This document shows positions 39,710-49,211 of a stretch of 64,000 nt of DNA, one piece after another. Each line of letters begins with the position of its first letter. The stretch's first letter is position 1. The position numbers and the translations under genes were made by a program. This stretch comes from Candidatus Uhrbacteria bacterium (GTDB lineage Bacteria > Patescibacteriota > Patescibacteriia > UBA9934 > GWF2-40-263): contig JACQSK010000021.1 in the NCBI GenBank assembly GCA_016205975.1, forward strand, positions 106,593 through 170,592, given 5' to 3'. The notes below the pieces were generated by a model. That model was not told the DNA's origin. It made no database searches and saw only the letters and a list, made by a program, of their open reading frames with translations.

Positions 39710-41475
39710 CGCCGTCCCCCGCCCGGTACCGGCTCGTCTCGCCGTGACCGTGGCCCTGCGAGCTGCGGGTGCTGGTCGTAGCCGAGCGCCGCGATCGACC
39801 TCGACGCCCGCTTCACGAGCTGGTTGAACGTGAGCGCCTCGCCCTTCGCCCGCGCCCGGCGCAGCTCGGCGACGACGCACCAGGTGAACGCGCCGTAGGC
39901 CGCGGTGCCGTTGCGGTACTCGTACGCCAGTTCCTGTTCGCGGCAGGCGTACAGCAGCAGCGGGACGTACGGCCCCTTGTGTCCGTAGGCCGTGCGCGCG
40001 TGCTCGAACTGCACCGCGGAGTCCGACCAGACCGGGAGCGCGCGCCCGAGCCGCTTCGTGGCCCCGCCCGTCCCGAGCATCTCGGCGCGGTCGGCCTTGC
40101 GCGTGACGAGCGGCTTGGCCTTCCGAGGAAGGTCGCGCTGCTTCCAGAGTCCGAGGTCCGCGTCCCACGCGAGCGCACGGTGGCGGATGTCGTCGGGGAG
40201 AGGGAGCCCGCGGGCGCGAACGCCGCCCTCGCGGGTGAGCCCGCCGGAGTGGCAGCAGTCGAAGATGGCGGTGAACTGCGTGCCGTACGGGAGCTGGGTG
40301 TACAGCTCGAAGAACTGGTCGTCGGTGAACGCCCGGTCGCGCGACCAGTCGAAGTCGTGCGGGACCAGGCATTCATCGAGCCCGTCGACCTGGTCGCCGA
40401 TCCCGTAGGTGGGGACCTGCGCCCCGTGGCCGGAGTAGAAGAAGACGCGCTGCGCCCCGTCGTCGGCGTCGTCGAGGAGCCACTCCAGCCGTTCTTGGAT
40501 CGCGCCGCAGGTCGCACGGCCGTCGAGCACCACCCGGATGTTCTCGGGGGCGAACCCCAGCTCCTGCAATGCCGCGCTCACGAGATAGGTGTCGTTCACG
40601 CACCCCTCCAGGCGCATGTCCGGCTTGGGGTAGCTGTTGATGCCGACTAGCAGCGCCCGGTGCTGGGGCGTCTTGCGCAGCGTCGCGCGAGGCGCGAGCG
40701 CCGCGGTCGCCATGGCGGACTTCGCGCCGGCGATCGCCCGCCACGCCCGCTGGCCGGTGCTTGCGTGGGAGAGGTACTGCGCCCCGTCGTGGTCGAGCGG
40801 CCCCGGCACGTCGAACCGGGTCTCCACTTCCTGCACGGGCTGGATGCGGAACCGGTCGAGCGAGGCGGTGAATGCCGCGTCCTCGGGGTTGAACAGGTGG
40901 AACCAGCCACGTGCCGTCTCCAGGCTGCGCAGTCGCCCACCGAACGTGGCGCGCACGGCGGGGTTGCCGATCTGCGAACCGAACGTGACGAGCCAGCGGT
41001 CCTTCACGAGCGACGGGTCGAGCGCGAACGTGTCGTACGCGAGGAGCGACCCGAGGCTGTGGGCGCAGACGAGCCGCGGTTGCTGAGCGCCGATTGCCGC
41101 GGCAAGGTGCTTCCTCAGCGCCGCGCGCAGCTTCTCGTCGGCCGCCCACTGCGCGACCATGCCCACCGTCCACCGGACGGCCTCGCCGACCCCGCCCCGG
41201 GCGAGCCGTTTCGCGCCGGGCGTCCCGACGAGATCGCCGACGCCATGGACAACGAGGCTCCCCATGAGCCGCGCGAACGCCTCGGCGACGAGCAGCGGGT
41301 TGATCTTCGCCTTCTCGAAGAACGAGTCGTACTCCAGGAAGGTGATGTCGCTCGGCGAGACCTGCTGGCCCCAGCGCGACAGGCCCGAGACGATCGCGGA
41401 CGTCCAGCCGGCGCGCCAGCTCGGATCGGCGTCGCCGTGGCCGATGCCGTGGATACACAGGATGGGGAAGGACAT
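39706..41475 (-). CDS. fusion protein: N-terminal alpha/beta-hydrolase (GxSxG) + C-terminal caspase-like peptidase C14 domain
   Basis: N-terminal LCIHGIGHG ... CAHSLGS (serine hydrolase nucleophile elbow). C-terminal LLVGINSYP ... FFYSGHGAQ ... FDCCHSGG (caspase His/Cys dyad). Confidence 0.6.
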   Translation of the reverse strand: MSFPILCIHGIGHGDADPSWRAGWTSAIVSGLSRWGQQVSPSDITFLEYDSFFEKAKINPLLVAEAFARLMGSLVVHGVGDLVGTPGAKRLARGGVGEAVRWTVGMVAQWAADEKLRAALRKHLAAAIGAQQPRLVCAHSLGSLLAYDTFALDPSLVKDRWLVTFGSQIGNPAVRATFGGRLRSLETARGWFHLFNPEDAAFTASLDRFRIQPVQEVETRFDVPGPLDHDGAQYLSHASTGQRAWRAIAGAKSAMATAALAPRATLRKTPQHRALLVGINSYPKPDMRLEGCVNDTYLVSAALQELGFAPENIRVVLDGRATCGAIQERLEWLLDDADDGAQRVFFYSGHGAQVPTYGIGDQVDGLDECLVPHDFDWSRDRAFTDDQFFELYTQLPYGTQFTAIFDCCHSGGLTREGGVRARGLPLPDDIRHRALAWDADLGLWKQRDLPRKAKPLVTRKADRAEMLGTGGATKRLGRALPVWSDSAVQFEHARTAYGHKGPYVPLLLYACREQELAYEYRNGTAAYGAFTWCVVAELRRARAKGEALTFNQLVKRASRSIAALGYDQHPQLAGPRSRRDEPVPGGGRR

Positions 41476-41628
41476 CGGGGCTCCGGAGCCGGAAGGTCTG
41501 CGCGACGGTAGCACGACGGCTCGTCGCCTTGGCCGGCGCTGGAGCCGCCCAGGCCCGGGGTCAGCCGCCCGGCGAAACACGGGCGGCGAAGCGCCCCTCG
41601 TGGACGCTGCCCGTGGTAGATTCGCCCG

Positions 41629-42144
41629 ATGTGGTGGTGGGCGGCCTCGGCGCTCGCGGGTGACTGCACCCGGTTCACGGAGTGCGATGAGAGCGTCGTC
41701 GGCGTGGCGGCTACGATCGGCGCGCCGACGGGTCTACGAGTCGAGTTCTTTCCGCAGCTCGAGGGAGGGCGGTGGATGCTGTCGATCGAGGGAGTCGTGC
41801 AGGGGACGGCACACGCGGTCGGCCTGGTCGGCACGATCGGTGCCGGCGTACGCGCCCACCTTGTTCCCACCGCGGGGAAGAGGGGGGCGCTGGTGCTGGC
41901 GCCGGGCCTCGGCATCCACGGGTACTTCCCAGGAGCCGATGACGGCTGCTCCGGTCTCGGGTGCCTGGACTTGACGCCGAACACGCCGCTGCTGTTCGTC
42001 TACCCGTCGATGGACATCGGCTACGCCCACGCCGGGCGGGTCGGCTTCCACCTCGGTCTCGAGCTGGGCGCCAGTGCGACCCTCCCCGAACGCGAGTTGG
42101 TGGTGTCCCCGCAGGGAGCGGTGGTGACTGGCGCGCGGTTCTGA
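41629..42144 (+). CDS. hypothetical (possibly secreted) protein
   Basis: 171-aa ORF, Gly-rich and beta-like. Confidence 0.35.
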   Translation: MWWWAASALAGDCTRFTECDESVVGVAATIGAPTGLRVEFFPQLEGGRWMLSIEGVVQGTAHAVGLVGTIGAGVRAHLVPTAGKRGALVLAPGLGIHGYFPGADDGCSGLGCLDLTPNTPLLFVYPSMDIGYAHAGRVGFHLGLELGASATLPERELVVSPQGAVVTGARF

Positions 42145-42163
42145 CGGGCGGGGGAATGTCGGT

Positions 42164-45100
42164 CTAGAACCCGCCGAAGATCACGTACACCGCACCCGCA
42201 TACGTGCCGTTCGTGCTCTCGTTCGCATTGGCGAGGAGGATATCGGGCACCCCGTCCGCATCGATGTCCGCGGCATCGCCGAGGCCCCCGGCGCCCCCGA
42301 CGGAGGCGTCGGCCTCCGTCTCCAGGAAGGTCCCGGAGAGGGGGCCGTAGAATGCGTAGGCGTTTCCCGTTGCTCCGTTGCCGGAGTTGAACAGGATGTC
42401 GGGCACGGCGTCGTCGGAGACGTCGCCCAGATGGGCATTTGCGCCCACCCCGCCGGATTCCTCGCCGTAGATGACCGCCGTGGCGGACGCGAGGGTGACG
42501 GTCGACCAGTCGGCGCGGGCGCGCCCATCGACCAGGTACACCGCCCCTCCGCCCGACGCGGCGTAGTCGACTCCCGGCAGCCCGAGCAGGATGTCGTCGT
42601 AGCCATCGCCGTTGGCATCCTCGCGGCAGTCGATGGTCATGCCGAGCCCATCGCCGTCCACGGACTGCTCGAAGATCACGTCCGCGTCCGCGTCGAGGCT
42701 CATCGACCCTGCCACCGGGCCGAATGCCAAGTACACGCGCCCTGCCGTGCCTGCGTACCAGTTGTAGGCGCCCACGAGGATGTCGTCGTAGCCGTCGCCA
42801 TCGACGTCGCCTGAGTTCGAACCTTCCATTCCCGTGAACGTGTACGCCCCCGACATCGTCGCGACCGAACCGGTGGCAAGATCTACGTCCGTGCCGACGG
42901 GGCCATCCACGAGGTAGGCGACCCAGCTCTCCTCGTTGCCAACGAGCACGTCGGCGTCACCATCACCATCCACGTCGCCGCTGCTCAGCGCCCGTTGCGA
43001 GCCGTACGTGCCCGCCCCGTCGAGAATCCACGCATCTCCCACGGCGCTGCCGGACGAGATCGGCCCGGGAAGCGCGTAAACGGCATCCACGGCGCGAACA
43101 AGAAGGTCCGCGACGCCGTCGTCTGTCACGTCGCCGATCGCGAGCGTACCCCCGATCTGTTCGTCGGTGACCGTGCCCTCGAAGCGGTACTCGGCCGTAG
43201 CAAGCGTGTCCGATGCAGACGGTGCACCGCTGTACACGTACGCCTCCCCGACCGCGTTCGTGCCAGCGCCGGGCACGCCGATCGCGACGTCGAGCACACC
43301 GTCGTCGTCGAGGTCGCCGATGGCGAGCCCGGTACCTGCATGGTCGCTGGTGTCCTCCCCGTAGATCGTCACATCTACCTGGTCGACAGAGCACCAGTCC
43401 ACGATGCCGTCGCAATCGTCGTCGACGCCGTTCAGGCAGACCTCCGCGAAGTCCGGGCTGCGCATCGCGTCCGCGTCGTCACAATCCTCGCACGCGACGC
43501 TCCCATCGCTGTCCGCGTCGGTGGTCTCGTCCGTGCCCAGCGACCCGTCGCAGTCGTTGTCCTGCGCGTCGCACACCTCGGTGGCGCCCGGGTACACGGT
43601 GCTGTCGCCGTCGTCGCAGTCGGCGACGACCTCGCAGGCCGCTGCGTCGTCGAAGTCCGAGCACTCGCACGCGAGCGCGCCGTCGCCGTCGTCGTCGACG
43701 CCCTCCCCGATCGGGTACTCCCCGTTGCAGTTGTTGTCCTCCCCGTCGCAGATCTCCTCGGCACCGGGGTGGATGGTGTCGTCCCCGTCGTCGCAGTCCT
43801 CCTCCTCGCCCGAGCCGTCGCAGAGGTAGTAGCCGTCGCCGTCCGCGTCGGTCCCGCCGTCGGAGGTGGAGCTGTTGCAGTCGTTGTCGACGCCGTCGCA
43901 CAGCTCCTCGGCTCCCGGGTACACCGCGTCGTCGGCGTCGTCGCAGTCGTTGTCGTCTGCGACGTAGCCTCCGGGGGCCTCGCACGCGGTCAGCGCCGCG
44001 CCGGCGCCGTAGCCGTCGTCGTCCGTGTCCGCGTACCAGGACGCGGCGTCCGTCGCGGAGGCCTCGTCGACCTCCCCGTCCCCGTCGTTGTCCACGCCGT
44101 CGCACTCCTCCGCGTCGAGCGCGTCGCACGTGCCGTCCCCGTCGGCGTCGGCGGTGCCCTCATCGACGTCGCCGTCCCCGTCGTTGTCCACCCCGTCGCA
44201 GTCCTCGGCGTCGTGGCAGTCGACGATCCCGTCCCCGTCGGCGTCGAGGCCCTCGTCCACCGCGTCGTCGCAGTCGTCGTCGACGTCGTTGCACGTCTCC
44301 GTGGCGTCCGGGCTCACGCCCGCGTCGGTGTCGTTGCAGTCGTCGCCGATGGAGACCTGGTCCGCGCGCGGGGTGCAGTCGACCATCGGCGTCGTCGGGT
44401 CCCCGTGGCCGTCCCCGTCGGCGTCGGTGTACCAGGTCGGCACGTCCGCGGCGTCGTCCTCGTCGACCTCCCCGTCGCAGTCGTTGTCGGTGCCGTCGCA
44501 CACTTCGGTCGCGGAGGGGTTCACCGCCGGGTCGGTGTCATCGCAGTCGTCGCCGGTCGCGCAGGTGCCGGCGAGGATGGAGCCGTCGTTGTCCTCGTCG
44601 AGGCACTCGCCCACGGTGATCGCGACCTGGTCGGAGGCGGACTCCCCGTCGCCGTCGGTCACGGAGAGGGTGAGCACGTGGTCGCCGGGGGAGAGCGCGA
44701 CGTAGTCGGTCGTCTCGCCCGACTCGGTCGCGAGCCCGGACAGCACCACGCCGTCGAGGCTGCTCGTCCACTCCACGGCGAGCTGGTCGAGGAGCGTCTC
44801 CTCGTCGAAGACATGCCCGTACAGCCAGGTGAGCTCGTCCTCGGGGAGCGCGTCGGTCGAGGACGGGCGCACGATCGTGGAGGTCGGGGCGTGGTTGGCG
44901 ACGCAGGCGAACGACACGGATGCATCCGCGAAGAGGGCATCCGCGTCGGTGACGCGCAGGGTGACCTCGTAGGCGCCTTCGTAGGCCGGAGTCCACGATG
45001 CCGCGACGACGCCCGAAGCGTCGGGCCCGGACACGTCGAGCGACTCCTCGCGGTCCGCATCCACGGCGTACACGCTCCACGTGACGATCAGCGCGTCGTT

Positions 45101-45271
45101 CACGGTTCGACCGTCGCTGTCGGAGACGAGCCCGGAGAGCGTCAGCTCGCGCCCAACCAGGCACCCGCCGCCCGAGTCCGTGATCGCGGCCTCGGGGCCT
45201 TTCAGGTAAACGGAGAGACCGGCGTCGCTGCAAGCAGTGAGCACGAGCATCGGGGAGAGTCGGCGAAGCAT
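42164..45271 (-). CDS. large lipoprotein (1035 aa) with FG-GAP/VCBS-like repeats and multiple 'putative metal-binding motif' repeats
   Basis: Lipobox LVLTAC. More than 8 DCDDxD...CDGxDNDCDG repeats. FG-GAP-like D.DGDG...G segments. The antisense ORFs are Arg-rich junk. Confidence 0.65.
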   Translation of the reverse strand: MLRRLSPMLVLTACSDAGLSVYLKGPEAAITDSGGGCLVGRELTLSGLVSDSDGRTVNDALIVTWSVYAVDADREESLDVSGPDASGVVAASWTPAYEGAYEVTLRVTDADALFADASVSFACVANHAPTSTIVRPSSTDALPEDELTWLYGHVFDEETLLDQLAVEWTSSLDGVVLSGLATESGETTDYVALSPGDHVLTLSVTDGDGESASDQVAITVGECLDEDNDGSILAGTCATGDDCDDTDPAVNPSATEVCDGTDNDCDGEVDEDDAADVPTWYTDADGDGHGDPTTPMVDCTPRADQVSIGDDCNDTDAGVSPDATETCNDVDDDCDDAVDEGLDADGDGIVDCHDAEDCDGVDNDGDGDVDEGTADADGDGTCDALDAEECDGVDNDGDGEVDEASATDAASWYADTDDDGYGAGAALTACEAPGGYVADDNDCDDADDAVYPGAEELCDGVDNDCNSSTSDGGTDADGDGYYLCDGSGEEEDCDDGDDTIHPGAEEICDGEDNNCNGEYPIGEGVDDDGDGALACECSDFDDAAACEVVADCDDGDSTVYPGATEVCDAQDNDCDGSLGTDETTDADSDGSVACEDCDDADAMRSPDFAEVCLNGVDDDCDGIVDWCSVDQVDVTIYGEDTSDHAGTGLAIGDLDDDGVLDVAIGVPGAGTNAVGEAYVYSGAPSASDTLATAEYRFEGTVTDEQIGGTLAIGDVTDDGVADLLVRAVDAVYALPGPISSGSAVGDAWILDGAGTYGSQRALSSGDVDGDGDADVLVGNEESWVAYLVDGPVGTDVDLATGSVATMSGAYTFTGMEGSNSGDVDGDGYDDILVGAYNWYAGTAGRVYLAFGPVAGSMSLDADADVIFEQSVDGDGLGMTIDCREDANGDGYDDILLGLPGVDYAASGGGAVYLVDGRARADWSTVTLASATAVIYGEESGGVGANAHLGDVSDDAVPDILFNSGNGATGNAYAFYGPLSGTFLETEADASVGGAGGLGDAADIDADGVPDILLANANESTNGTYAGAVYVIFGGF

Positions 45272-45473
45272 GCGGGTTCCGCGGAGGAGCGCGATGCTAC
45301 ACCCGCGCGGGCTCCGACGTCTTCGCGAGCGCCACGAGCATGTCCGTGAAGACGGCGAGGAGCGGTTCCGCGAGCGCTCCCCGCGCGGGTCTCGGCCGCC
45401 AGGAGGCGAGGAGCGCGAAGGCCGGGGCGGTAGGCGCGGGGAGTGGCGCGCTCGCTCGTTCCACCAGCTCGCG

Positions 45474-45761
45474 TCACTCCTCGTCGGTGATCTTGTCGAG
45501 GAGCTTCACGAGCAGGTAGGCCAACCCGCCGACCGCCGCGGCGCCAACCAGGACGGCGATCACCGCCTTCGCCGTCGATGGGTCCTTGGCGAGCTTCTCG
45601 CGCAGCCCGTTCAGGACCGCCTCGGCCGCCCCGGTGGGCCGGGCGATCCCGGCTTCCCAGCGGGTCACGGTCCGGGCGTCGACGCCGACGAGTCGTGCGA
45701 AGCTGGCCACGTCGAGGTCGAGGTGCTGCCGGAGATCACGGACGTCCTGCGCGTTCCACAT
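45474..45761 (-). CDS. XRE-type HTH regulator with C-terminal TM anchor
   Basis: DVASFARLVGVDARTVTRWEAG is an HTH. C-terminal AVIAVLVGAAAVGGLAYLLV is a TM helix. Confidence 0.5.
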   Translation of the reverse strand: MWNAQDVRDLRQHLDLDVASFARLVGVDARTVTRWEAGIARPTGAAEAVLNGLREKLAKDPSTAKAVIAVLVGAAAVGGLAYLLVKLLDKITDEE

Positions 45762-45881
45762 GCGCCGATTCGCTCCTTGAAACCTTGTAGCACGCAGTCG
45801 GTCAGCGCCGTGACCGTCATCTGTCGCTGTTCCGTAATCCACAATACAGACACGGTCGAGGCCGAGGTGTAGCGTCCACGC

Positions 45882-46160
45882 ATGAGTTCCCGCTGGCACA
45901 CCCCCGCTCTCGCCTGGCCTCGCGGCCAGGTCCTCGACCTCGTTCGCTCTCTTCCTACCGGGCAGGGCCGCCTCCACTACCAGGAGTGGCCGGGCGGGCG
46001 GGGCGAGACCCACCGGGACCGGTTCGACCCCGAGCGCGGTCCCGCCCAGGCGGTGCTGCACGTCCTGCTCGAGACGCCGATCCTCGTCATCCTCGCCGCC
46101 CTCGGCGCCCTCGGGTTCGCCGGGTACGGCGTGGTTCGCTACCTCCGGGGTGCGCGGTGA
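45882..46160 (+). CDS. small membrane protein
   Basis: C-terminal TM helix. Stop overlaps the next GTG start. Confidence 0.3.
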   Translation: MSSRWHTPALAWPRGQVLDLVRSLPTGQGRLHYQEWPGGRGETHRDRFDPERGPAQAVLHVLLETPILVILAALGALGFAGYGVVRYLRGAR

Positions 46161-46600
46161 ACCGCATCCACCCGTCGCGTCTCCTGGCATCGACGGTGAT
46201 CGGAGTCCCAGCAGAGGTGGGCGGCGGCCTGCTCACGGTGGAGCACGTGGGGGTGGTGGCGTCCCTGCAGGACCAGCAGGGCCTGCCCTTCGTGTACAAC
46301 GCCTCGAAGCGCACCGGGAGGATCATGCTCGACTCGTGGGCCGAGTTCACACAGCGGCGGGAAGGCCGGGTGCTCGACGTCCGGGGCGCCCTCGATGCCG
46401 ACGAGGTCCTGCGCCGTGCGCACTCGCGCCTCGGAGAGCGCTGGAACCTCGTCTTCTCGAACTGCGAGCACTACGTGCGCTGGTGCCACGACCTCGACGA
46501 GGAGAGCCCGCAGCTGCAGAAGGGCCTGGTGGTCGCGGGCGGGCTCGTGGCTCTCGGCGGACTCGTCATCGCCGCCATCGCGACCGCGGACGAGGGGTAG
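46157..46600 (+). CDS. NC-domain (LRAT/NlpC-P60 superfamily) protein with C-terminal TM
   Basis: NCEHYVRWCH resembles the NCEHF motif of LRAT-like NC domains. C-terminal TM GLVVAGGLVALGGLVIAAIA. Confidence 0.45.
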   Translation: MNRIHPSRLLASTVIGVPAEVGGGLLTVEHVGVVASLQDQQGLPFVYNASKRTGRIMLDSWAEFTQRREGRVLDVRGALDADEVLRRAHSRLGERWNLVFSNCEHYVRWCHDLDEESPQLQKGLVVAGGLVALGGLVIAAIATADEG

Positions 46601-46606
46601 CCTCAA

Positions 46607-46803
46607 CGGGGTGGGGCCCGATCGCCTTCTGGTCCGCAACCAGAAGGTCGAGCGCCAGCCAGACAGTCTGGCAACGGGGTGCAAAACGGTGCGTTTTTGG
46701 GCAAAACCGTGCAGGGTATGATCCAAAAAATACAGGTACTTGGCTAATATTATTACATTTCGGGACCAGAAGGTCGTGGGTTCGAATCCCGCCACCCCGA
46801 CCA
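46607..46803 (+). tRNA. split / disrupted tRNA-like locus (3' T-arm+acceptor+CCA at ~46765-46803; candidate 5' half at ~46607-46650)
   Basis: GGUCGUGGGUUCGAAUCCCGCCACCCCGACCA is a canonical T-arm plus acceptor plus CCA. CGGGGUG at 46607 pairs 7/7 with CACCCCG. A 7-bp stem / 7-nt loop hairpin (CUUCUGG-UCCGCAA-CCAGAAG) lies between. An ~115-bp AT-rich insert is flanked by a 12-nt direct repeat accagaaggtcg. Coordinates +/-2. Confidence 0.35.
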
Positions 46804-47551
46804 TCGAAAAGGAAAGGCCGGACGAGGAGAATATCCAGTCCGGTCTTTTTGTTTCTTGCGACGCGAAGGACGACTGTCTGGCGCGCCGGTCTTGCGGGCG
46901 ATGCCCAATCGCGTCGATCAGCCCAGTAGCCAGCCACAATCTGCGTGACGGCGCCGCCGGTCCTCACTCGCGAGGATCGCGTCGACCTCGAGACCGAGCT
47001 GGATCCGCGCACGGACCTCGCCGTCGCGCTGGTAGATGGCGTCCGTGGCCTGGCTCTCGGCGGTGTCGCAGCGACCGCATCGATGCGGAAGGAGCGTCGA
47101 CGAGCCGTCCGGCCAGAGCCAGATATGGCGAGCCTCGTGCGAAATCGAGATTGCCGTCTCGAGAACCCCGTGTTGCTCAGGCGGAACCGCTAGAATCGCG
47201 ACGCGATGGAGACGCTGAGTGATGCATGCCAGGGCGCCGGGGCCGCACGCCGTCGGCGAAAAGGCGATCGTGAGAACCTTCCTTCGGACCGCAGCGTGCT
47301 CCTCGGGCACGTAGTGCTGCAACAGCCCGAGCGCCGTGCGAATGACGTGTACCCCCACGGGCGTGAAGCCCACCAGAGGAATCCCGCGGAACGCTGCCCG
47401 AGGGTAACGGGGTGCGACGGCCGCGTGCATGAGACCTCCGCCCGCAGCTTACACGCCTGGGCGCGCGTTCGGGATCCATGCGCGAGGCCGCTCCGATCGG
47501 AGCGGCCTGCCGGTCCACTGGATCCAGCTCGACAACGAAGAAACCGCTCGC

Positions 47552-48751
47552 CTATCGAGGCGAGCGGTGATTTGCCGAACGCGAGATCCCCGCCTTCGCC
47601 ATCACCTCCGCCTTGTGGGCGTCGGTGGTGTGCGCGTAGATCTCGTCCAGCATGCGCCCCTCGGTCCAGCCGCCGAGCTCCATGAGCGTGCGCCGATCGA
47701 CACCGGCGATCGCGAGCCGCGTCGCCCAGGTGTGGCGGAGACCGTGCGGGTGCATCGGGGGGAGGCCCGCGCGCTTGCAGGCGCGGCGCAGCGCGATGCC
47801 GAAGTCCTGGCGGGGCCGCGTGGGCGCGGTCGGGGAGGGGAAGACCCACCCGTGGGTAGGAGCGCCGAGTGCCACGTGACGGCGCCTGAGCTCGTCGGCG
47901 AGCTCGGGCGTCATCGGGATGGCGCGGTCATGCCGGGTTTTCACCTGGAACCGGATCTCCGGCTTCGCCCGGACCAGCATCGTGCCGTGCGGACCGACGT
48001 CCCACAGCACGTCTTCCCAGCCGCGCGAGAGGATCTCTCCCTTGCGCATGCCGAGGTTCAACGCCATCAGCACCGCGAGGTACGTGAGCGGGTCGCGCGG
48101 GATCGGGGGCTTCCCTCGCGTGACGACGTGAGGCTGTTCGCGCAGCGGCCCGACGGCGTCCAGGAGTCGTTCGCACTCCTCCGTGGAGAAGAAGCGATGA
48201 GCCCGACGATCGTTGTTCTTGATCCTTGGCATCTTGGGCAGGTGCGAGAGCACGCCGCTGTCGACCGCGTGGACGAGCGCGCCGCGAAGCCAGGCCAGCT
48301 CGATGATGATCGTCTTGCTCTTGCGCCCAAGAGCCCGCCGGGCGGTGACGTACCCGTCGATCGCGACGTAGTCGAGCGCGGAGAGCACGGTGTCGCCCAG
48401 CACCGGCTTCAACGCGTTCGCCGAGGTCTGCGCGCTCGTCGCGGTCTTCGGCGCCTTGTCGCGCCGGACCACCGGCAGGTAGACCTCGTCGAGGTAGCGC
48501 GCGAGCGTGTAGCCCGCGGGCTCAGCCCTCGTCGAGGAGCCACGCTCGGTACGCGGCGGCTCCACGGACTTCCCGGTCACGAGTTTCCCCTCGAACACCG
48601 TGAGCGCGTCCTTCGCCGCGGTCCTCGGGATGAACCCGAGCCCCCGGGTGCGGGTCTTGCCCGTTCCCGGGTCGCGCCACTGGATCGCGAAGTAGGGTTC
48701 CGTCTTGCCGCTGGCGCGGTTCACGCGCTTCACCTCGGTCAGCCATGCCAT
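47552..48751 (-). CDS. int: phage-type tyrosine integrase
   Basis: N-terminal arm-binding-like MAWLTEVKRVNRASGKTEPYFAIQWRDPGTGKTRTRG. C-terminal HGLRHTWATRLAIAGV...LGGWTEGRMLDEIYAHT. Lies next to the tRNA-like site. Confidence 0.7.
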   Translation of the reverse strand: MAWLTEVKRVNRASGKTEPYFAIQWRDPGTGKTRTRGLGFIPRTAAKDALTVFEGKLVTGKSVEPPRTERGSSTRAEPAGYTLARYLDEVYLPVVRRDKAPKTATSAQTSANALKPVLGDTVLSALDYVAIDGYVTARRALGRKSKTIIIELAWLRGALVHAVDSGVLSHLPKMPRIKNNDRRAHRFFSTEECERLLDAVGPLREQPHVVTRGKPPIPRDPLTYLAVLMALNLGMRKGEILSRGWEDVLWDVGPHGTMLVRAKPEIRFQVKTRHDRAIPMTPELADELRRRHVALGAPTHGWVFPSPTAPTRPRQDFGIALRRACKRAGLPPMHPHGLRHTWATRLAIAGVDRRTLMELGGWTEGRMLDEIYAHTTDAHKAEVMAKAGISRSANHRSPR

Positions 48752-49211
48752 CGTCTCTCTCCTTCCCGGCCGCGAGCACCGCGACCAGTCGTTCCCGGTG
48801 AATGCGCCACGCCCGGCCCGCCCGGACGGCGGCGCCGTCGAGCTGCCCCTCGGCGAGCAGCCGGCGGAGCAGCCGCTCCGACACCTGGAGGTGCGCGGCC
48901 GCCTCCTCCACGCTGAGCCAGTCGGACCGGCTCTCCCCGGGAGCGTACTGCGCGGACGGTGGAGCGGGGGAGGGGGGCGAGCGCTCCGCCGGCGACCCAC
49001 CGGTCGCTCCCAGGGTCGCGAGCACGTCCCCCCACCGGTAGACGGTAGACCCCGCGATCTCCCCGGCGGGAGCGACCGTCGCGACCAGCCACGCCTGTGC
49101 GCCGGGGCCGGGGCACGGGAGCGCCTCGGCCGCCTCCTGCGCGGACAGGAGCGACGTGGGCGCGAGCGACGCGCGCCACATCCGTCGCTGGAACGCGGAG
49201 AGCGCGCTCAT
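48752..49211 (-). CDS. excisionase/HTH-like DNA-binding protein (boundaries uncertain; frame runs on into the integrase gene)
   Basis: WLSVEEAAAHLQVSERLLRRLLAEGQLDGAAVRAGRAWRIHRERL is an Xis/MerR-like HTH just upstream of int. The ORF has no stop until 48522. Confidence 0.3.

Noticed and set aside
38712-39827. 371-aa and 283-aa + strand ORFs opposite the coiled-coil and caspase genes
   Set aside because: Ser/Arg/Pro-rich low-complexity translation. The minus strand carries recognisable domains.
43213-44619. 468-aa + strand ORF and several minus-strand ORFs inside 42164-45271
   Set aside because: Extreme Arg/Pro runs (RRRRSRRR...). Shadow frames of the repeat lipoprotein gene.
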